A DNA stretch of 64,000 bases from Alphaproteobacteria bacterium (GTDB lineage Bacteria; Pseudomonadota; Alphaproteobacteria; MPNO01; UBA830). The translations under genes and the position numbers were made by a program. The DNA is taken from assembly GCA_964291215.2 (NCBI GenBank), contig OZ219791.1:3392001-3456000 (forward strand), read 5' to 3'. Shown piece by piece: positions 22,594 to 31,553 of this stretch (its first letter is position 1; each line of letters opens with the position of its first letter). Under the pieces are notes generated by a model, which did no database searches, was not told the origin of the DNA, and saw nothing but the letters and a program-made list of their open reading frames with translations.

Positions 22594-23817
22594 ATGAAAC
22601 AGCCTCTCGACCATATCCGGGTTCTCGACCTGAGCCGGATCTTGGCCGGCCCGTGGGCCGGCCAGACACTCGCCGATCTCGGCGCCGAGGTGATCAAGAT
22701 CGAGCGCCCGGAACACGGCGACGACACCCGTGCGTGGGGACCTCCCTACGCGGTCGCGCCGGATGGCGGCGAAACTTCCGAATCGGCTTATTTCCTGTCA
22801 GCGAACCGCGGAAAGAAATCGGTGACCGTCGATATCAGCCGAGCGGAAGGGCAGGAGATCGTGCGCACTCTAGCTGCGGAGTCCGATGTGCTCATCGAGA
22901 ATTACAAGAAGGGAGGGCTCGCCCGCTACGGGCTCGACTACGACAGCCTCCGCGGGGTCAATCCCCGCCTGATCTATTGTTCGATCACGGGTTTCGGACA
23001 GACTGGTCCCTATAGCGGCCGCGCCGGGTACGATTTCCTGATCCAGGCGATGGGCGGCTTGATGAGCGTCACCGGCGAAGTCGACGGCCTGCCGGGCGGC
23101 GGGCCCCAGAAGATCGGCGTGGCGCTTTCAGATATCCTGACCGGCCTCTACACCACCGTGGCCGCGCTGTCGGCGCTGGCCTGGCGCGACAAGACCGGGC
23201 GCGGGCAGCATGTCGACATGGCGCTTCTCGACGTCACGATAGCGGCAATGGCAAACCAGGCCATGAACTATCTGGTATCGGGCTCGGCCCCCGGCCGCAT
23301 GGGCAACGCCCATCCGAATGTCGTGCCCTACCAGGCATACCGGGCAGCCGACGACCATATCATCCTTGCGGTCGGCAACGATTCGCAGTTTCGGCGTTTC
23401 TGCGAGATTGCCGGGCAGTCGGAGCTGGCGGACGATGCGAGATTTGCCACCAATCGGGACCGCGTCGTCAACCGCGACGAATTGGCGCGGATTCTCATTG
23501 ACATCATCGCTCGCCGACCGAGGAAGTTCTGGCTCAAGGAGCTGGAGCGGGCAGGGGTGCCGTGCGGTCCGATCAACGACCTTGCACAGGTCTTTGACGA
23601 CCCTCACGTCCGCTCCCGAGAGATGCGCCGCGACCTGCCGCATGCGGTCGCCGGCACCGTTCCGGCGGTCTCGAATCCGATGCGTTTTTCCGACTCGCCC
23701 GTCGACTACCGGCGCGGTCCGCCGACGCTTGGACAGCATACGGACGAAGTGCTTCGCACCCTGGTCAGGCTTGACGAGCAGGAGATAACGGCGCTCCGGA
23801 GGGACGACGTGATCTGA
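22594..23817 (+). CDS. CaiB/BaiF class III CoA transferase (likely succinyl-CoA:glutarate CoA transferase)
   Basis: VLDLSRILAGPW, ADLGAEVIKIERP, NRGKKS, GYDFLIQAMGG; near gcdH. Confidence 0.88.
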   Translation: MKQPLDHIRVLDLSRILAGPWAGQTLADLGAEVIKIERPEHGDDTRAWGPPYAVAPDGGETSESAYFLSANRGKKSVTVDISRAEGQEIVRTLAAESDVLIENYKKGGLARYGLDYDSLRGVNPRLIYCSITGFGQTGPYSGRAGYDFLIQAMGGLMSVTGEVDGLPGGGPQKIGVALSDILTGLYTTVAALSALAWRDKTGRGQHVDMALLDVTIAAMANQAMNYLVSGSAPGRMGNAHPNVVPYQAYRAADDHIILAVGNDSQFRRFCEIAGQSELADDARFATNRDRVVNRDELARILIDIIARRPRKFWLKELERAGVPCGPINDLAQVFDDPHVRSREMRRDLPHAVAGTVPAVSNPMRFSDSPVDYRRGPPTLGQHTDEVLRTLVRLDEQEITALRRDDVI

Positions 23818-23844
23818 TTCCGGCGGCAGGGGAGCGCACTCGAC

Positions 23845-25170
23845 TCAGACGTGTTCGGCCGCCCTCGCAAGCGCGCCCAGCATCGCTTCGGGGCTCACGA
23901 ACTTGCGCCGGGGGGCGCCTTCGGGCGCGGCGTCGACCTCGATCTGTTCGATGACCCGCCAGTCCGTGAACGACACTATCCGGGCGCCCCGCCGCTTCAG
24001 CATCATGTCGACCGCCTTGCGGCCCGGCCGCGTTTCTCCGTCCCAATCATCGATGACGAGATCGACCACCGCGAGAGAATCATTCTTGTTGGTGCCGATG
24101 GTGCCGGTGGCGCCGCGCTTGAGCCATCCGACGGCGTAAAGGCGCGATGCGATCCGGCCACCGTCATTGACGACGATTCCGCGCCGTTCATCAAAGGGAA
24201 GTCCGTCGATCGGCTCGGCCCGCGATCCGATGCAGGTCACGGCGAGCTGGCATGCGACCTCGAAATGCTCGCCGGTCCCCGATACCTTGCCGTTCTCGTC
24301 CACGATCGTGCGCTCGAGGCGTACCGCCTCGACCCGGCTGGAGCCCAGAAGTTCAACCGGCGATGAGAAGAACGCGAAATGCACCCGCTTGTCCTTGCCC
24401 GCGGGATCGATGTCGGCGAAGGCCCGCATCGTCTCGACGTTGCGCTGGCGCAGGCGGAGATCGCGGTCCGACATGTAGGGAGCGGAAACGGTCTCCGGGA
24501 AGTGGCCGAGATCGACCGCCGGGAGTGCTTTCTCAAGCTCTCCCATCTCGCGCAGTTCGACATTGGTGAAGGCAGCCTCCACCGGGCCCCGGCGTCCGAA
24601 CATGTAGATGTCCGTGAGCCGCGAGGCGTGGATCGCGTCGGCCGCGTGTGGAACCAGATCGGTGACTGACATCTCGGCCGGAGTCTTGGCGAGCACGCGC
24701 GCCACGTCGAGGGCGACATTGCCGACGCCGATGACGGCGACCGCGTCTACATCGAGATCGGGATTGAGATCAGTGAAGTCGGGATGGCCGTTGTACCAGC
24801 CGACAAAGGCGTTGGAGCCGAACACGTTGGCGAGGTTTTCGCCCGGAATGCCAAGGCGGTTGTCGTGAGGCGCGCCATAGGCCAGCATCACCGAATCATA
24901 GGCGTCGAGCAGTTCAGCAACGCCGATGTCGCGGCCGACCTCGACGTTGCCCAGATAGCGCAGGCGCGGGTTTCCCATGGTACGGTCATAGGCGCGTGCG
25001 ACGCGCTTGGTTTTCTGGTGGTCCGGCGCCACCCCGCCCCGGATCAGGCCGTAGGGGCTGGGCAGGCGTTCGATCACGTCGACAAGACAGTCGGGGTTCT
25101 TGTCGAGCAGGCCTTGTGCAGCATACATGCCGCCAGGACCGGACCCGACGATCGCAACCGTGCGCTTCAT
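23845..25170 (-). CDS. Adrenodoxin-reductase-like ferredoxin-NADP(+) reductase (FprA-like)
   Basis: GSGPGG, PYGLIRGGVAPDH, FVGWYNGHP, GVGNVALDVAR, GWLKRGATGTIG. Confidence 0.88.
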   Translation of the reverse strand: MKRTVAIVGSGPGGMYAAQGLLDKNPDCLVDVIERLPSPYGLIRGGVAPDHQKTKRVARAYDRTMGNPRLRYLGNVEVGRDIGVAELLDAYDSVMLAYGAPHDNRLGIPGENLANVFGSNAFVGWYNGHPDFTDLNPDLDVDAVAVIGVGNVALDVARVLAKTPAEMSVTDLVPHAADAIHASRLTDIYMFGRRGPVEAAFTNVELREMGELEKALPAVDLGHFPETVSAPYMSDRDLRLRQRNVETMRAFADIDPAGKDKRVHFAFFSSPVELLGSSRVEAVRLERTIVDENGKVSGTGEHFEVACQLAVTCIGSRAEPIDGLPFDERRGIVVNDGGRIASRLYAVGWLKRGATGTIGTNKNDSLAVVDLVIDDWDGETRPGRKAVDMMLKRRGARIVSFTDWRVIEQIEVDAAPEGAPRRKFVSPEAMLGALARAAEHV

Positions 25171-25324
25171 CCGGGGAGCCTCTGGTTTAGGTGTTCTGCG
25201 GCTTTCGGCACCGTTGCGGCGCCCGCACCGCTATCATAACCGGTTATGGAACGCAGAAAAGGGGCCGAGTCGGGCAGCACCGCGGCAGACGCGCCAAGGC
25301 GCCCCGTGGTCCGTGCCCGTGGGG

Positions 25325-26476
25325 TTACCAGAGCTGCCGCGTTGCGATCCGAGCACCTTCGGCCATCGCCTCGAACTTGGCCCAGATTACCGTCGGATGA
25401 ACCTCGGTGTGATAGCAGGCCTGCGACGAAAAGCCGCAATCGCCGCCGGCAAGCACGTTCTCACGGCCGACCAGGTTCGCGTAACGGCCGAGGCGTTCGG
25501 CGATGAGCTCTGGATGCTCGACGATATTGCTCGCATGGGTGATGACACCGGGTATCAGGGCGCAGCCGTCGGGGAGCCTGACATTCTCCCATAGGTGGTA
25601 TTCGTGCTCGTGGCGCGGATTGGCGGCCTCGAAGGAGTAGGAACCGGCCTTGATCTTCAGCATGTACGGCGCCACCTGCGTCATCGGCGCCTCGTGAATC
25701 CGCGGTCCTTCGTTGATGCCGTAACAGGTGTGGTAGCGGATCCTCTCTGCCGGGATGTTGCGCAGCCCGTGGTTCAGGGCCTTGATATAGAGGTTGAGGT
25801 GGCGGTCCTTGCCCGCGTCGTCGAGTTCCGGGTTGACCAACGTGTCACACAGGAACGGATCGTCGATCTGAAGCAGCAGGCCGGCATCGACGATGGCCTC
25901 GTACTCCTCGCGAAGCGCCTCGGCGACCGCCTCCGCAAATTCCTCCTCGCTGGCGTAGTATTCGTTGTGCCCAATGCCTGAGGGCGCCACGGCCGGCATG
26001 AACGCGTCCTCGCACTCGAGGCCTGTGAGCGCCGTCTTGAGGTTGTCGATGTCACGCTGGAGCGCTTCATGCCCCTTGTAGCTCACTGGCCCGATACAGT
26101 GTATGGGGTGCACCGGAACGATAGTGCCGCCCATCATGGCGCGTGCGAAATATTCCTTGTAATATTCTGGAAATGCAGCTACTTCCGCAGCGAAAAGGTT
26201 ATGCCGCTCACCGGTCTGGGCCTCGAATCCGTCGATGCGCTCGGCGATATAGCTGAAGAAGCCGGACTTGGACATTTCGCCGTCGGCGACGACATCGATG
26301 CCGAGATCTGCTTGCTTGCGTACGATTTCACGGACAGCGTCACGGATTTCGCGCTCATGGGCGTCGTTGTCATAGTCCTCGCCGCTCAGCTTCGCCTTCA
26401 TCGCATCGAGCACGGCAACGGTGCGCGGCAGGCTGCCGACATGAGTCGTCAGGATGCGGTTCGGGTTTCCCTGCAC
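25325..26476 (-). CDS. Cobalamin-independent methionine synthase II family protein
   Basis: ILTTHVGSLPR, LQIDDP, HTCYG, FEAANPRHEHE, DCGF; GTG start after a purine-rich RBS. Confidence 0.88.
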   Translation of the reverse strand: MQGNPNRILTTHVGSLPRTVAVLDAMKAKLSGEDYDNDAHEREIRDAVREIVRKQADLGIDVVADGEMSKSGFFSYIAERIDGFEAQTGERHNLFAAEVAAFPEYYKEYFARAMMGGTIVPVHPIHCIGPVSYKGHEALQRDIDNLKTALTGLECEDAFMPAVAPSGIGHNEYYASEEEFAEAVAEALREEYEAIVDAGLLLQIDDPFLCDTLVNPELDDAGKDRHLNLYIKALNHGLRNIPAERIRYHTCYGINEGPRIHEAPMTQVAPYMLKIKAGSYSFEAANPRHEHEYHLWENVRLPDGCALIPGVITHASNIVEHPELIAERLGRYANLVGRENVLAGGDCGFSSQACYHTEVHPTVIWAKFEAMAEGARIATRQLW

Positions 26477-26813
26477 GTGAACCTCTCTCCAGTTTTCCCC
26501 ATTATAGACTACCGGATGCGCCAGGCGACGGATTTCTCCGAAATCGACAACCGTCCGCCCGCGCCTGCTGCTGTTCCGCACGCAGGAACTCCGCCGCCGG
26601 TCGATGCCTTGTGCCGGCACCGGAGATCGCTATCTTCGCAACGTCACGAGCGGCTCCGGGTTGCGCTAGGCATTTCTGCAAATTGGGTCGTGGCTCGAAT
26701 CACCGATGTGGTGAGTAGTGGATCGCGTCCGGCGCCGCGCAGTCGCGGCGACGGGAAAGCAACGGGAAAGAGATGATACGACAGGGCTTTGCGGCGTCGT
26801 CGGATCCGCTCCA

Positions 26814-27353
26814 GTGACGGACGTGTTTTATATGGTCGAGATGGCCTACCCCGACCGCGGCGGGCCGGGTCGCGCCGCCTATGACGACTTCTACGAGCGC
26901 CACATCTCGATGCTCCTGACGATACCGGGCTTTCTTTCAGCGCAGAGATTCGAGTGCCTGGAAGAGGCGCGGGCGCCGTTCCTTGCCGTCTACCGCCTTG
27001 CCGATGTCGAGGTCCTCGAAAGGCCGTCCTATCGGACCAGGGCGGGGCGGCTCTCGGTCCCGGAGGAGTTTCGCGAACGCATGCTGAACTGGGACCGCAA
27101 CTTGCTGCACGGAGAAACCGGCGCCCTCGAGGTGCCATCCGACGATGACGGCCCGGTGTTGACTGTGCTTGATCGCGTCGATTCGTCCGCGCCAGCGCTG
27201 CCGGACGCCTTTTCCGCCCTGGAAGTGATCGGTCTCGACCGCACGATAGCCGAACGCGGCGTTCGCGTTGGCCTGCCTTGGGAACTTGCTGCCGCATCCT
27301 CCTGCACGGTCCGGAATTTCCGGCCCATACACGCCCTCAAGAAACCCGGCTGA
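26814..27353 (+). CDS. Hypothetical protein, EthD-like N-terminal domain
   Basis: YDDFYERHISMLLTIPGFLSAQRF...FLAVYRL; start uncertain. Confidence 0.6.
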   Translation: MTDVFYMVEMAYPDRGGPGRAAYDDFYERHISMLLTIPGFLSAQRFECLEEARAPFLAVYRLADVEVLERPSYRTRAGRLSVPEEFRERMLNWDRNLLHGETGALEVPSDDDGPVLTVLDRVDSSAPALPDAFSALEVIGLDRTIAERGVRVGLPWELAAASSCTVRNFRPIHALKKPG

Positions 27354-27402
27354 ATTCGGTCCCCGGTGCGCCGCCCCGACGGCGGCTGCAACCGGGCCGC
27401 GG

Positions 27403-28437
27403 TCACGTTCCTTCGGTCACGGTCCAGGTGCGGCCCTTGCGCAGCATGTCGTTGAGCGAACCCGCGGGCGTCGACGCGCGGATTTCGGCGAGCTGGCTGG
27501 CCACCGCCTCGTCATAGGGCTCGCCCGGATTGCAATAGAGTACGCCGAGGGCGACAGGGAACTCGGGCTGTTCCATGTCGGCGAGCATCATGGCGAGGAT
27601 CCGGTTGCCCTGGTCGTGGACGAGGATGTCGTCCTCGGTGATGCCATTCTCGCCGATCTCGACCACGCGAATACCGAATCCGTCCTCGCTGCGCGCGATC
27701 CCCCTGTTGCCGTCCTTGCCGAAGACGAGCGGCTTTCCGTGCTCGACCGAAATCGTGTTGTCAAGGACCACCGATTTGTTGGTCCAGCCCTCGAACGCGC
27801 CGTCGTTGTAGACGATGCAGTTCTGGATGATCTCGACGAATGATGCCCCCTTGTGGCCATGCGCGGCCTTGAGGACGCCCGGCATGTGTTTCTGGTTGGT
27901 GTCGAAGGTGCGCGCGACGAAGCGGCCGCCGGCGCCGAGCGCGAGGCTGCAGGCGTTGAGGGGCGAATCGACGGAACCCTGGGGAGTCGAGGGCGAGCGC
28001 GTTCCGAGCCGGCTGGTGGGCGAATACTGGCCCTTGGTAAGTCCGTAGATTTCGTTGTTGAAGAGCAGCATGTTGATGTCGACGTTGCGGCGCAACGCGT
28101 GGATGGTGTGGTTGCCGCCGATCGAGAGCGCATCGCCGTCGCCCATCACCAGCCAGATGTCAAGGTCGGGATTGGCGAGTTTGGCGCCCGTGGCCAGCGC
28201 CGGCGCGCGGCCGTGAATGGTGTGGAAGCCGTAGGACGCCATGTAGTAGGGGAAGCGTGCCGCGCAGCCAATGCCGGAGAAGAACACAAGATTCTCGAGC
28301 GGGATCTCAAGCTCGGCCAGGGTGCGATGGACGCCCTTGATGATCGCGTAATCGCCGCAGCCGGGACACCAGCGAACTTCCTGGTCGGAGGCGTAGTCTG
28401 CCGGTCGAAGCTTCTCGACCGGTGTCTGGACGTTCAT
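27403..28437 (-). CDS. korB: 2-oxoacid:ferredoxin oxidoreductase beta subunit
   Basis: WCPGCGD, SGIGC, HTIHGR, GDGDALSIGGNH, YGLTKGQYSPT. Confidence 0.93.
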   Translation of the reverse strand: MNVQTPVEKLRPADYASDQEVRWCPGCGDYAIIKGVHRTLAELEIPLENLVFFSGIGCAARFPYYMASYGFHTIHGRAPALATGAKLANPDLDIWLVMGDGDALSIGGNHTIHALRRNVDINMLLFNNEIYGLTKGQYSPTSRLGTRSPSTPQGSVDSPLNACSLALGAGGRFVARTFDTNQKHMPGVLKAAHGHKGASFVEIIQNCIVYNDGAFEGWTNKSVVLDNTISVEHGKPLVFGKDGNRGIARSEDGFGIRVVEIGENGITEDDILVHDQGNRILAMMLADMEQPEFPVALGVLYCNPGEPYDEAVASQLAEIRASTPAGSLNDMLRKGRTWTVTEGT

Positions 28438-28441
28438 GGCG

Positions 28442-30316
28442 CTATCCTTCCACTCGCTTGCGGATTTCCTGGTCCAGGGTCGAGACCTTGAAGGGTTGTC
28501 CCGATATCTGCGTGATGCTTTCCGCGTCGACCAGATACCTGCTGCGCAGCAGGTGGACCAGCTGGCCGTTGTTCATTTCCGGAACCATGACCCTGTCGAA
28601 CCGCGCAAGCAGCTCTCCGAGATTTGCAGGCAGGGGCCAAATATGGCGGATGTGAATATGCGACACGTCGACGCCGTCGGAGCGGCAGCGCTTGACTGCC
28701 TGGTTGATGGCGCCAAACGTCGAGCCCCAGCCGACCACGGCGAGCCGGCCGCGATCCTCGCCGGTGGCGACTGCCTGTTCGGGAATATCCCGGGTGATGC
28801 CGTCGACCTTGGCCGCGCGCACCTTTGTCATCCGGTGGTGATTGTCCGAATCGTAGGAGATATGGCCGGTGTCGTAGTCCTTCTCGATACCCCCGATCCG
28901 GTGCATCAGGCCTGGTGTTCCGGGAATCGCCCAGTTTCGCGCCAGCGTTTCCTCGTCGCGAAGATAGGGATGGAAGCCCTCCGGGTCGGTGCGGAACGCG
29001 ACCTTGAATTCCGGGATCTCTTCGACATCCGGGATTTCCCATGGCTCGGCGGCGTTGGCGAGATAGCCGTCGGTAAGCAGGATCACCGGCGTCATGTAGG
29101 TAACTGCGAGCCGTACCGCCTCGATCGCCGTCTCGAAGCAGTCGCCGGCGGTAGCCGAGGCGACGACGGGAAGCGGCGTGTCGGCGTTGCGCCCGAACAC
29201 GGCTTGGTTGAGATCCGATTGTTCGGTCTTGGTAGGAAGCCCGGTCGACGGGCCGCCGCGCTGGCTGTTCACGATCACCAGCGGCAGTTCGGCGACCAGA
29301 GCGAGGCCGATCGCTTCGGTCTTGAGAGCGACACCGGGTCCGGATGACGAGGTGACGCCGATGGAACCGGCATAGGAGGCGCCGATCGCCGAGCATACGG
29401 CAGCGATTTCGTCCTCGGCCTGGAAGGTGGTAACTCCGTACTGCTTTAAATTGGTGAGGGTGTGGAGGAGCGCCGAGGCCGGGGTGATCGGGTAGGATCC
29501 GAGGAACAGCGGCAGCCCTGCCTTGTGGGCGCCGGTCACCAACCCCCAGGCGATCGCCTCGGTTCCGGTCACGGCGCGATAGGTGCCGGGCCGCACGTCG
29601 GCGCGGGCGACCTTGTAGGCCCCTGCGCCCGAGGGCAGTTCGACCGTCTCGCCATAGGCGTGGCCGGCATTCAGCGCCGCGATGTTGGCGGAGGCGATGT
29701 GGGAAACCTTGGCGAATCTCTGGTTCACCCAGTCGATGGTCGGCTGCCTGTCGCGGTCGTACATCCAGCACATCAGCCCGAGCGCCCAGAAATTCTTGGC
29801 GCGGGCGGCTTCCTTGGAGGAGACGCCGCAATCGGCGACTGCGGCGTTGGTCAGTTTGTTCATCTCGACCGTGATCACGACGTAGTTGTCGAGAGTCCCG
29901 TCCTCGAGAGGATTGGTGTCATAGACGGCGCGCGCGATGTTGCGGGGAGTGAAGGCGTCGGTGTTGATGACCAGCGTGCCGCCCTTGGGAACGTCCCTGA
30001 GATGGACCTTCAGTGCCGCCGGATTCATCGCGACCAGCACGTCGGGATCGTCTCCGGGCGTCTGGATGTCGTAGGACGCGAAATTGATCTGGAAAGCCGA
30101 CACGCCGAACGTGGTGCCGGCCGGCGCGCGGATCTCGGCGGGAAAGTCGGGAAACGTCGCAAGGTCGTTGCCCATCAGCGCGGTCGACTGGGTGAATTGC
30201 GTGCCGGTCAGCTGCATGCCGTCACCGGAGTCCCCGGCGAACCGGATCACTACGGAATCGAGCGCCTCGCGCTTCCGTTGGGGCGCGACGCCTATCTCAA
30301 CCATGTTCGTAGCCAT
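28442..30316 (-). CDS. korA: 2-oxoacid:ferredoxin oxidoreductase alpha subunit
   Basis: AGDSGDG, YPITP, QAEDEIAA, QRGGPSTGLPTK, PEMNNGQL. Confidence 0.93.
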   Translation of the reverse strand: MATNMVEIGVAPQRKREALDSVVIRFAGDSGDGMQLTGTQFTQSTALMGNDLATFPDFPAEIRAPAGTTFGVSAFQINFASYDIQTPGDDPDVLVAMNPAALKVHLRDVPKGGTLVINTDAFTPRNIARAVYDTNPLEDGTLDNYVVITVEMNKLTNAAVADCGVSSKEAARAKNFWALGLMCWMYDRDRQPTIDWVNQRFAKVSHIASANIAALNAGHAYGETVELPSGAGAYKVARADVRPGTYRAVTGTEAIAWGLVTGAHKAGLPLFLGSYPITPASALLHTLTNLKQYGVTTFQAEDEIAAVCSAIGASYAGSIGVTSSSGPGVALKTEAIGLALVAELPLVIVNSQRGGPSTGLPTKTEQSDLNQAVFGRNADTPLPVVASATAGDCFETAIEAVRLAVTYMTPVILLTDGYLANAAEPWEIPDVEEIPEFKVAFRTDPEGFHPYLRDEETLARNWAIPGTPGLMHRIGGIEKDYDTGHISYDSDNHHRMTKVRAAKVDGITRDIPEQAVATGEDRGRLAVVGWGSTFGAINQAVKRCRSDGVDVSHIHIRHIWPLPANLGELLARFDRVMVPEMNNGQLVHLLRSRYLVDAESITQISGQPFKVSTLDQEIRKRVEG

Positions 30317-30415
30317 GTTTACGTCCGAAACTCCGTGTCAGGATGACGGGCCGGCAAAGACCCGCATCCAAGCTATAGCGCACGGATGGCGGGGTCAAGC
30401 CGCACTGCGATTCGG

Positions 30416-30608
30416 CCCGGTGATCCGATGCTGATTCCGAGACGCGAAATCCGAGTGCGTTGGGGCTCGCGTCATCACAGGTCTCCTTTTGATCGCAATT
30501 TTCCGCGCCGAGCAAGGTCTCATTGAGCCTTGGCGGCACGATTGCAGCGCGACGCAGACCGAAAAATCTCGCCGGTCGCCGCTGGATTAGCAGCGTGAGA
30601 TCGTCGTG
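30416..30608. repeat. ~190-bp MITE-like repeat, copy 3
   Basis: Matches 8129-8323; lies in the divergent korA / dehydrogenase intergenic region. Confidence 0.8.
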
Positions 30609-30704
30609 CGATTCGGCCTAGAGCAAGGGAGCGAGTTTGGAATGTTCCCGACGCCGGTGTATATCAGTCGGGTCCCTTCAATCCCGAAAACGACGCAGCG
30701 CCCG

Positions 30705-31553
30705 ATGTCTTCCTATCTTCGACCCTCCCGTCTCGATGAGGCGCTCGTTGCGCTTGCCGATGGCGAACGGATCATAATTGCCGGAGGCACCGACTTCTAT
30801 CCGGCGAGGGTCGGCCGTCCGCTCGACCATAACATACTCGACGTGACCGGTATGGATTCGCTTCGCGGCATCGACGATCGCGGCGATCACCACCTGATCG
30901 GCGCGCTGACGACCTGGACCGATATCCTCCGCGCCGACCTGCCCGGCTGGTTCCGCACGCTCAAGCTCGCCGCGCGCGAGGTCGGCGGCGTCCAGGTGCA
31001 GAACGCAGGCACCGTTGCCGGAAATCTCTGCAATGCGTCGCCAGCGGCCGACGGGGTTCCCTGCCTGATGGCCATGGACGCGCGCGTGGTTCTGGCCTCG
31101 GCCGGCGCTACGCGCACCCTGGAGCTCCCGGAATTCATTCTCGGCAACCGCCGGACGGCGCGCCGGCCCGACGAGATGGTGATCGGGATCGAGGTGCCCA
31201 AGCCCGTCGGGGAGGCAACGAGCACCTTCATCAAGCTCGGCGCACGGAAGTACCTGGTGATCTCGATCGCCATGGTCGCCGCGGTTCTCGAGCGGGCTGC
31301 CGACGGCACCGTGGCGGGCCTGCGTATCGCCGTCGGGTCCTGCTCGGAGGTGGCCCGGCGCCTTCCCGCCCTTGAACAGGCGTTGGCCGGAAGGCCCGTG
31401 GACGGCCGGCTGGCCGATCACGTCGGCGCCGCCCACGTCGCTCCGCTTTCGCCGATCGACGATGTGCGTGGAACCGCGGAATACAGGATGGATGCGGCAG
31501 TGACGATCGTGCGCCGGGCCGTCGGCGAGCTGGCAAATGGAGAAGCGCGATGA
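30705..31553 (+). CDS. Xanthine dehydrogenase-family FAD subunit (nicotinate dehydrogenase NdhF-like)
   Basis: AGGTD, GTVAGNLCNASPAADG, SPIDDVRGTAEYR; operon with hnr. Confidence 0.87.
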   Translation: MSSYLRPSRLDEALVALADGERIIIAGGTDFYPARVGRPLDHNILDVTGMDSLRGIDDRGDHHLIGALTTWTDILRADLPGWFRTLKLAAREVGGVQVQNAGTVAGNLCNASPAADGVPCLMAMDARVVLASAGATRTLELPEFILGNRRTARRPDEMVIGIEVPKPVGEATSTFIKLGARKYLVISIAMVAAVLERAADGTVAGLRIAVGSCSEVARRLPALEQALAGRPVDGRLADHVGAAHVAPLSPIDDVRGTAEYRMDAAVTIVRRAVGELANGEAR

